This document shows positions 1-7,155 of a DNA stretch of 28,169 bases, piece after piece. A program made the translations under genes and the position numbers. Each line of letters starts with the position of its first letter. Positions within the stretch are counted from its first letter, which is position 1. The stretch lies in NCBI GenBank assembly GCA_947626705.1, contig CANQTJ010000001.1, positions 1-28,169 on the forward strand, written 5' to 3'. The notes beneath the pieces were generated by a model, which searched no databases, was not told where the DNA came from, and was given only the letters and a program-made list of their open reading frames with translations. The stretch comes from an uncultured Clostridia bacterium (GTDB taxonomy: Bacteria; Bacillota; Clostridia; TANB77; CAG-508).

Positions 1-2
1 TA

Positions 3-701
3 GATTATGAATATTATAAAAAATATGGTATAAGAAAATATGGAGCACATGGAACATCACATCAATATGTTGCATATAGAGTAGCAGAAATTATGAATAA
101 GGACATAAAAGATTTAAAAATTGTAAATTGTCATTTAGGACAAGGAGCAAGTGTATGTGCTATACAAAATGGTAAGTCAGTAGAAACAAGTATGGGATTA
201 ACACCTCTAGGTGGTATTCCAATGGGAACAAGAAGTGGAGATTTAGACCCATCAGTAATAACTTATATAATGAAAAAAGAAAATTTATCAGCTCAAGAAA
301 TGGAAGATATATTAAATAAAAAATCTGGTGTGTTTGGTATATCTAGAATATCAGTAGATTTTAGAGATATAGAAAATGAAGCTTTAGCAGGAGGAATGCA
401 CGCACAGTTAGCATTAGACGTATATCATTATTTAACCGCTTCATATATAGCCAAATGTGCTGTTGCTATGGGCGGAATTGATGTAATTACATTTACAGCA
501 GGAGTTGGAGAAAAAGGTCCTATTTCTAGAAAAGCAATATGCGATTATCTTGAATTTTTTGGAGTAAAAATAGATGATGAAAAAAATCTAATAAGAGGAG
601 AAGAAGTAGAAATATCAGCACCAGATTCTAAAGTAAAAATTTATGTAGTTCCAACAAATGAAGAATTAATGATAGCAAGGGAAACTTTAAAGATGGTATA
701 A
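3..701 (+). CDS. ackA: Acetate kinase (ASKHA family), 5'-truncated by the window edge; paralog 1
   Basis: The frame is open from position 3 ([20 protein letters not shown]...), so ATG 93 is internal. Motifs: [46 protein letters not shown]. Confidence 0.93.
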   Translation, partial: DYEYYKKYGIRKYGAHGTSHQYVAYRVAEIMNKDIKDLKIVNCHLGQGASVCAIQNGKSVETSMGLTPLGGIPMGTRSGDLDPSVITYIMKKENLSAQEMEDILNKKSGVFGISRISVDFRDIENEALAGGMHAQLALDVYHYLTASYIAKCAVAMGGIDVITFTAGVGEKGPISRKAICDYLEFFGVKIDDEKNLIRGEEVEISAPDSKVKIYVVPTNEELMIARETLKMV

Positions 702-790
702 TAACATAAAAAAATTAAAAGTTTAACCAACTGGTTTATAGGTAAAACCTTTAAAAAACCTAAATATATTTACAAGGAATGTTAATAAAA

Positions 791-1981
791 ATGAAAATAT
801 TAGTTTTAAATTGTGGTAGTTCATCACTAAAATATCAATTAATAAATATGGATACAGAAGAGGTTATGGCATCAGGAAAATATGAAAGAATAGGAGAAAA
901 GGAAGCATTTATAACTCATAAAGTAAATGGACAAAAAATTGAAATAAAAAATCCAGCATATAATCATTCAGAAGCAATAGATTTTACTTTAAAACAATTT
1001 ACAAACCCAGAATATAAAGTAATAGATAGTTTAGACGAAATAAATGCAATAGGACATAGATTAGTACATGGAGGAGAAAAAATTTCAGAATCTGTTATTA
1101 TAGATGAAAAAGTTGAAGAAGTTTTAAAAGAATATACAGATTTAGCACCATTGCATAATCCAGCTTGTATATTAGGAATAAAAGCATGTAAAGAAGTAAT
1201 GCCAGGTAAACCAATGGTTGGAGTATTTGATACTGCGTTTCATCAAACAATGCCAAAAGACAAATATATATATCCAATTCCTTATGAATATTATAAAAAA
1301 TATGCAGTTAGAAAATACGGATTTCATGGCACTTCACACATGTTTGTTTCCCAAAGATTATCAGAAATTGAAAATATACCTTTAGAAGGAACAAAAATCG
1401 TTACATGCCATTTAGGACAAGGAGCAAGTGTATGTGCAATTAAAGATGGAAAGTCAATAGATACAAGTATGGGATTAACACCTCTTGGAGGACTACCAAT
1501 GGTAACAAGAAGTGGAGATTTAGACCCATCTGTTGTAACATATATAATGAAAAAAGAAAATTTAACAGCCCAACAAATGGAAGATATGTTAAATAAAAAA
1601 TCAGGTCTTTCAGCTATGTCAAATTTAGAACCAGACTTTAGAGTTATTGAAAATAAATCAAATGAAGGTGATGAATCAGCAAAATTAGCTATTGAAAATT
1701 TTAATTATGTAATTGCAAGCTATATAGCAAAATACGCAGTAGCAATGAAAGGAATTGACTATATAATATTTACAGGAGGAATTGGAGAAAATCAAATTAA
1801 TATCCGTAAAGGAATTTGCCAAAAATTAGCATTTATGGGAGTTGATTTAGATATTGAAGCTAATAATATAAGAAGTGAAGAAAAAGTTATATCTAAACCG
1901 GAATCAAAAATTAAAGTATATGTAATTCCTACAAATGAAGAATTAATGATAGCAAAAGAAACTTTAAGACTAATAAAATAA
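791..1981 (+). CDS. ackA: Acetate kinase, paralog 2
   Basis: Motifs: MKILVLNCGSSSLKY, GHRLVHGG, LAPLHNP, FDTAFHQT, YGFHGTSH, GGIGEN, PTNEE. AAGGA (774-778) abuts ATG 779, so ATG 791 is the more plausible start. Confidence 0.95.
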   Translation: MKILVLNCGSSSLKYQLINMDTEEVMASGKYERIGEKEAFITHKVNGQKIEIKNPAYNHSEAIDFTLKQFTNPEYKVIDSLDEINAIGHRLVHGGEKISESVIIDEKVEEVLKEYTDLAPLHNPACILGIKACKEVMPGKPMVGVFDTAFHQTMPKDKYIYPIPYEYYKKYAVRKYGFHGTSHMFVSQRLSEIENIPLEGTKIVTCHLGQGASVCAIKDGKSIDTSMGLTPLGGLPMVTRSGDLDPSVVTYIMKKENLTAQQMEDMLNKKSGLSAMSNLEPDFRVIENKSNEGDESAKLAIENFNYVIASYIAKYAVAMKGIDYIIFTGGIGENQINIRKGICQKLAFMGVDLDIEANNIRSEEKVISKPESKIKVYVIPTNEELMIAKETLRLIK

Positions 1982-2020
1982 AAAGAAAATGTAAAAGATG
2001 GTTACAAAGAAGGATAAATA

Positions 2021-3022
2021 ATGGAAGATAAAATTGATATTTTACTAACAACATATAATACAAAAATTGAATATTTAAGAATGCAAATAGATAGTATATT
2101 AAATCAAACTTATAAAAACTTTGAATTGATAATTTCAGATGATTGTTCAACAAATCAAGAAGTAAAAGAAGTTTTAAAAGAGTATGAAAAAAAAGATAAT
2201 AGAATAAAATTATATTTTCAGGAAAAAAATTTAGGGTATACTAAAAATTTTGAATTTGTATTAACAAAATCTAATGCAAATTATATATGCTTTAGTGACC
2301 ATGATGATATATGGTATTCTAATAAAGTAGAAAAAAGTATAAAAATATTAAAAGAAAAAAATGTTGATTTAGTATATTGTGATGCAAAACAAATAGATGA
2401 AAAAGGAAATGTAATACAAGAAAGCTATCTAAAATATAAAAATATGCCAATAATTAATGAAAAAAATAATAAAAAGATATTATCATTTTCAAGACATATA
2501 GCTATAGGTTGTAGTCAAATGTTTACAAGACAAGTAAAAGATATAATGATACCATTTACAGAAAATACTATCGCACATGATTGGATTTCTGTATATATTG
2601 CTGATAGATTAAAAGGCATTTATTGTATACAAGAACCACTGTTAGGATATAGATTACATTCCAATAATGCATTCGGAGGAAGAAATCTTAAACAAAACAT
2701 AAAAAAATGGAAAGAAGAAAATGGCAATACATATAAATCTTATTTAAAGTATAGACATAAAGTGATTGTTGAAACATATTTAGCTGGAGTATTAATGTGT
2801 AAAGATTATAGTTTAAAACTTAAGAATAATGAGCTTGAAAATTTGGAAAATGAAGTTATAGAGTATTATAAAAAATCACAAAAGCATAAAATTGTGTATT
2901 GGAATTTTATTAAGTATTTTAAATATTTATATTTTAAGGGAATGAAAAAAAGAAAAATTAAGGAAATAATGATATTGCACTTTCCACTTATAAGTTATTT
3001 TATTTATTTGATTTTAAACTAA
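2021..3022 (+). CDS. GT2 glycosyltransferase, RgpB/rhamnosyltransferase-like
   Basis: LLTTYN...QIDSILNQTY...IISDDCS, FSDHDDIW (DxD), AHDW, YRLHSNN; RBS AGAAGGA. Paralogous to 4643..5632. The donor sugar is inferred. Confidence 0.88.
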   Translation: MEDKIDILLTTYNTKIEYLRMQIDSILNQTYKNFELIISDDCSTNQEVKEVLKEYEKKDNRIKLYFQEKNLGYTKNFEFVLTKSNANYICFSDHDDIWYSNKVEKSIKILKEKNVDLVYCDAKQIDEKGNVIQESYLKYKNMPIINEKNNKKILSFSRHIAIGCSQMFTRQVKDIMIPFTENTIAHDWISVYIADRLKGIYCIQEPLLGYRLHSNNAFGGRNLKQNIKKWKEENGNTYKSYLKYRHKVIVETYLAGVLMCKDYSLKLKNNELENLENEVIEYYKKSQKHKIVYWNFIKYFKYLYFKGMKKRKIKEIMILHFPLISYFIYLILN

Positions 3023-3057
3023 TAAAGGTGATATATTTATAAGTTAAATTTAAAATT

Positions 3058-3108
3058 TTATTAAATTACTTTCTTTTTATAGTAATTTAATAAGATTTCT
3101 GATATACT
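3058..3108 (+). promoter_or_regulatory. 13-bp perfect inverted repeat (operator-like) upstream of an extended -10 element
   Basis: TTATTAAATTACT (3058-3070) / AGTAATTTAATAA (3081-3093) with a 10-nt spacer; TG-A-TATACT at 3100-3108. It could instead act as a weak terminator for the upstream GT2. Confidence 0.45.
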
Positions 3109-3149
3109 AATATTGTTAATTAAGATTAGAATAAGGAGAATGATAAAAA

Positions 3150-3425
3150 ATGATGTATCCATATTGTAAATATGCTGATGAAACAGAAGTTGTATTTTCA
3201 CATATAATGAAAAATGAAAATGGAGAAGAAATAATACATGTACATTTTGAAAGACCAACACAACATGGATTTGATAGTGTTAGATTTGAACTTCCAAGTT
3301 GTAAAATATTATACAAAGATGGTAATTATACTGATGAAGAAATAGAATTATTTAAAACAGTTGTAGAACGAGGACTTCCATCTTTTTATAGATGGGCAAG
3401 AGAAGGGGGAATTCTTAGTGCCTAA
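3150..3425 (+). CDS. Small hypothetical protein of the type I recall paired upstream of DUF4160 genes (putative TA partner)
   Basis: RBS AAGGAG. MMYPY...DETEVVFSH...HVHFERP...GF...W..EGG pattern; overlaps the next gene's GTG by 8 nt. Confidence 0.75.
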   Translation: MMYPYCKYADETEVVFSHIMKNENGEEIIHVHFERPTQHGFDSVRFELPSCKILYKDGNYTDEEIELFKTVVERGLPSFYRWAREGGILSA

Positions 3426-3697
3426 TATACTAGAAATAATGCGGATATAAAATATACTTTTGGTCAAATGAAAATTGTGAGCCAATTCATGTACATATTT
3501 CAAAAGGAAAGCCAGTACAAAGTTCTACAAAAGTATGGCTTACTAAAAGTGGAGGTTGCATTTTGGCAAACAATGTAAGTAATATTCCAAGTAAAGACTT
3601 AGGAAAATTATTAGAAACAATAATTAATAATTATTTTTATATAATATCACAATGGAAAAAGCATTTTCCTGATGAGGAAATTAAATTTTATTGTTAG
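3418..3697 (+). pseudogene. DUF4160-like protein, interrupted by a +1 frameshift at 3442
   Basis: GTG start with RBS AGAAGGGGGA; the frame reads VPNILEIM-CGG-ATA-TAA. Removing C3442 gives a continuous 92-aa ORF ...GYKIYFWSNENCEPIHVHISKGKP...TKVWLTKSGGCILANN...IKFYC*, matching the DUF4160 Y.FWSNE..EP.HVH signature. Confidence 0.8.
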
Positions 3698-3722
3698 AGG
3701 TATAAGATTAATTATAATTGAA

Positions 3723-3756
3723 AGCAGATAATTAGTTGTTAATTATCTGCTATTTA
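3723..3756 (+). terminator. Probable intrinsic terminator
   Basis: Perfect 12-bp stem AGCAGATAATTA-GTTGT-TAATTATCTGCT followed by ATTT, just downstream of the DUF4160-like gene. Confidence 0.7.
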
Positions 3757-3757
3757 A

Positions 3758-3786
3758 TTGACAAAAAATACAATTATATATATAAT
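3758..3786 (+). promoter_or_regulatory. Consensus sigma-A promoter for the glycan operon
   Basis: TTGACA (3758-3763), 17-nt spacer, TATAAT (3781-3786), 47 nt upstream of wzm. Confidence 0.88.
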
Positions 3787-3833
3787 AAAAATGAATTTTT
3801 TGAACTTACACACTAAGAAAGGAATGGAAGAAT

Positions 3834-4625
3834 ATGGAATTCATAAAATCACTATGGAAAAATAAAAAAATGGTATATAAATTAGGAAAAAGCGATTTTA
3901 AAAATAGATTTGCAAGTACAAGCCTAGGAAGTATATGGGGCTTTTTACAACCATTTGTATTTATGATGATGTATGTAATAGTATTTCAGTTCATATTTGG
4001 AATGGAAGGAGATGGAGGCTCACCTTATGTAGTATGGTTTTTACCAGGAATGGCAATATGGCAATGTTTAAATGACAGTATAATGAGTTCAAGTATGTCA
4101 ATAAGAAATTATAGTTACTTAGTAAAAAAAGTAGTATTTCCAGTAGATGTAATTCCAATAATATCACTAATAGGAAGTTCATTTGTAGCAATATTTTTAT
4201 TATTAGTATCAACAGTAGTATGTATGATATTTGGGTATACACCGAATTTTTTAATAATTTTATATGTTATTATTGCATTATATGCATTTATAATAGCATT
4301 TACAAGATTAACTTCTGCACTAACAACTTTAGTACCAGACTTTTCAAACTTATTAGGAATATTAATGCAACTTTTTTTCTGGGCAACGCCAGTAGTATGG
4401 AGTGTAGCACGACTTCAAAATCATCAATTAATTTTAAAAATAATACAATGTATGCCATTTAGTTATTTAGTAACAGCATTTAGACAAGCATTTATGGGCG
4501 GAAATATAATAACTGCAAATCATGGAATATATACAATAATATTTTGGATAATAACAATATTAATGTTTATATGGGGAAATCATGTATTTAAGAAAAATAA
4601 AAAAGATTTTGCAGATGTATTATAA
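3834..4625 (+). CDS. wzm: ABC-2 type polysaccharide exporter permease
   Basis: K.DFK.RF..T.LG..W..L.P N-terminus, YLVKKVVFP, FWATPVVW, about 6 TM segments; upstream of wzt. Confidence 0.92.
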   Translation: MEFIKSLWKNKKMVYKLGKSDFKNRFASTSLGSIWGFLQPFVFMMMYVIVFQFIFGMEGDGGSPYVVWFLPGMAIWQCLNDSIMSSSMSIRNYSYLVKKVVFPVDVIPIISLIGSSFVAIFLLLVSTVVCMIFGYTPNFLIILYVIIALYAFIIAFTRLTSALTTLVPDFSNLLGILMQLFFWATPVVWSVARLQNHQLILKIIQCMPFSYLVTAFRQAFMGGNIITANHGIYTIIFWIITILMFIWGNHVFKKNKKDFADVL

Positions 4626-4642
4626 ATTGAAAGGAAATAAAA

Positions 4643-5632
4643 ATGAATGAAATAATAGATATATTATTACCAACATATAATGGTGAAAAATATATAAAAG
4701 AGCAAATAGACAGTATATTAACACAGACATATAAAAATATACAATTAATAATTTCAGATGATTGTTCAAAAGATAATACAGTACAAATATTACAGCAATA
4801 TGAAAATGATAATAGGGTAAAAATATATAAACAAGAAAATAATTTAGGAGTAGTTAAAAATATAGAATTTTTACTAAAAAAAGTAGAACATAAATATTAT
4901 ATGCTATCAGACCAAGATGATGTATGGTTACCACAAAAAGTAGAAAAGACAATGGAAGCACTAATAAATGAAAATGCAGAATTAGCATTTGGCGATTTAG
5001 AAGTAGTAGACCAAAACTTAAACACTATTTATCCTTCATTTGGAGATTTTATGTTATTAAACAGAAAAATAAAAAAATATATAAATACAAATAGATTAAA
5101 TTATTTATATAATTGTGTAACAGGTTGCACATTATTAGCTAAAAAGGAATCAATACAAGAAATATTACCATTGCCACAAAAATCAAAATATTTGATACAT
5201 GACCATTGGATAGGTTTAATACTTAGTTTAAAGGGTAAAGTAGTATATATACCAGAAAAATATATAAAATATAGACAACACGAAAATAATCAAGTAGGAA
5301 CAGACAAAATATCACATGGATTTAAAGAGATAGAGCAAGTAAGAGAGTTGTTTATAAATGTAAAATTAGGTGTATTTGGAACATACATTGAAAATAATGA
5401 AAAATTTCCTGAAGAATTACAAAAATTAAATATACAGGGATATGAGTATTATCAAATGTTAGAGAAAAAAAAGAAATTTAATTTTAAAAATTGGGGAGTA
5501 TTTCATAAATTATATAAAACTGAAACATTTAGTTATTATGTTTTAAATTTTATAATATTGAATTTACCAGCAATAGGTAAGCCATTTTTTAAAATTAGAT
5601 ATAATGTTTTAAAAGCTTTAAAGAAAAGATAA
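4643..5632 (+). CDS. GT2 glycosyltransferase, RgpB/rhamnosyltransferase-like
   Basis: LLPTYNGEKYIKEQIDSIL, ISDDCS, LSDQDDVW, VTGCT, HDHW, YRQHENNQVG. Confidence 0.9.
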   Translation: MNEIIDILLPTYNGEKYIKEQIDSILTQTYKNIQLIISDDCSKDNTVQILQQYENDNRVKIYKQENNLGVVKNIEFLLKKVEHKYYMLSDQDDVWLPQKVEKTMEALINENAELAFGDLEVVDQNLNTIYPSFGDFMLLNRKIKKYINTNRLNYLYNCVTGCTLLAKKESIQEILPLPQKSKYLIHDHWIGLILSLKGKVVYIPEKYIKYRQHENNQVGTDKISHGFKEIEQVRELFINVKLGVFGTYIENNEKFPEELQKLNIQGYEYYQMLEKKKKFNFKNWGVFHKLYKTETFSYYVLNFIILNLPAIGKPFFKIRYNVLKALKKR

Positions 5633-5656
5633 TTTACAAAAAGCGAGAGGAGGAAA

Positions 5657-7090
5657 TTGTTAGATAAACTAACAGAGGCTATAATGGAAAAAGATATAGA
5701 TAATATAGATGGTAAAGATAATATGAATAAAGATAATATGAATAAAGATAATATGAATAAAGATAATATGAATAAAGATAATATAGATAAAAATAATATA
5801 GATAATAATAATATAGGTAATAAAAGTAATATACAAAATGTAATAGAGATAAAAAATGTTACTAAAGACTATAAAATGTATAAAAATAAAAAAGCGAGAT
5901 TATTAGAAGCGGTATTACCATTTTTTCAAAATCATGATACTTTTAGTGCTATAAAAAATTTGAATATAGAAATACATAAAGGAGAAGTATTAGGAATTTT
6001 AGGTAGAAATGGAGCAGGAAAATCTACATTATTAAAGATGATTACAGGAGTAGTAAGTCCAACCTCTGGTACTTTAACAGTAAATGGAAAAATAAGTTCA
6101 CTTTTAGAATTAGGAGCAGCATTTAATCCGGAGTTGACAGGAGAAGAAAATATTTATCAACATGGACAAGTTATGGGATTAACAAATGAGCAAATAGAAG
6201 CAACAAAACAAGACATAATAGACTTTGCAGATATTGGAGAACATTTATATCAACCAGTAAAAACATATTCTTCAGGAATGTTTGCAAGACTTGCTTTTGC
6301 TTGTGCAATAAATGTAGATCCAGATATATTAATAGTTGATGAAGTATTATCAGTAGGCGATATGGCATTTCAGTTAAAATGTTTTAAGAAGTTTCAACAA
6401 TTTAAAGAAAAAGGAAAAACAATATTATTTGTAACACATAATGTAGCAGATGTATTAGAAAATTGTAATAGAGCTATTATATTAAACTCAGGGGAAAAAA
6501 TATATGATGGAGAAGTAAAACAAGGTGTAGAAAAATATAAAAAATTAATAACAGGAATGTTAGAGCAAGACAAAACTAAAAAACAGTTAGATGAAAATTT
6601 AGAAGGAAAATGGAAGAAAAATTTTAATATTAATCCAGATATGATAACTTATGGAACAGGAGAAATAAAAATAGTAGATTATGGTATTTTTAATGAAAAA
6701 GATGAGCCACAACAAATTATATCTAGTAATCAAGAAGTAAAAATAAAAATGAAAGCAGAATTTTTTGAAGATATGGAATGTCCAACATTTTCAATTACAA
6801 TTAAAGATTTTCTGGGAAAAGAAATATGCGGAACAAATACAAATTTCTTAAAGATATATACTGGAAAATGTAAAAAAGGAGAAAAATATATATATGAGTT
6901 TAAACAAAAACTTATGTTAGCTCCTGGAAAGTACACATTATCTTTAAGTTGTAGTATATTTGATTTTAATGGAAATTTAGTTCCAATAAATAGAAATTAT
7001 GATGCTATAATATTTGAAGTTATATCTGATAAAAATATTGTAGGATATTATGATATTGATACAAAGGTTGATATAAAAAAGGTAGATTAG
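5657..7090 (+). CDS. wzt: Polysaccharide ABC exporter ATPase with C-terminal carbohydrate-binding (Wzt_C-like) domain
   Basis: Walker A GRNGAGKS, signature YSSGMFARL, Walker B ILIVDE, H-loop VTH; about 165-aa C-terminal beta-rich extension (...LAPGKYTLSLS...). Start is TTG 5657 or ATG 5684. Confidence 0.93.
   Translation: MLDKLTEAIMEKDIDNIDGKDNMNKDNMNKDNMNKDNMNKDNIDKNNIDNNNIGNKSNIQNVIEIKNVTKDYKMYKNKKARLLEAVLPFFQNHDTFSAIKNLNIEIHKGEVLGILGRNGAGKSTLLKMITGVVSPTSGTLTVNGKISSLLELGAAFNPELTGEENIYQHGQVMGLTNEQIEATKQDIIDFADIGEHLYQPVKTYSSGMFARLAFACAINVDPDILIVDEVLSVGDMAFQLKCFKKFQQFKEKGKTILFVTHNVADVLENCNRAIILNSGEKIYDGEVKQGVEKYKKLITGMLEQDKTKKQLDENLEGKWKKNFNINPDMITYGTGEIKIVDYGIFNEKDEPQQIISSNQEVKIKMKAEFFEDMECPTFSITIKDFLGKEICGTNTNFLKIYTGKCKKGEKYIYEFKQKLMLAPGKYTLSLSCSIFDFNGNLVPINRNYDAIIFEVISDKNIVGYYDIDTKVDIKKVD
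5714..5818 (+). repeat. In-frame 15-bp tandem repeat (KDNMN)n at the wzt N-terminus
   Basis: AAAGATAATATGAAT x4 perfect (5714-5773), then three degenerate units (KDNID, KNNID, NNNIG). Confidence 0.95.
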
Positions 7091-7155
7091 TTATAATATT
7101 TTATATATTTAGATAGTATTTTTTCATTTATAATTTTTTAATAAGGTTAGTATTA

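Noticed and set aside
722-764. Alternative small GGT/ACC hairpins between the ackA copies as a riboswitch or terminator
   Set aside because: Stems are only 4-5 bp with no U-tract and match no riboswitch or operator consensus I know.
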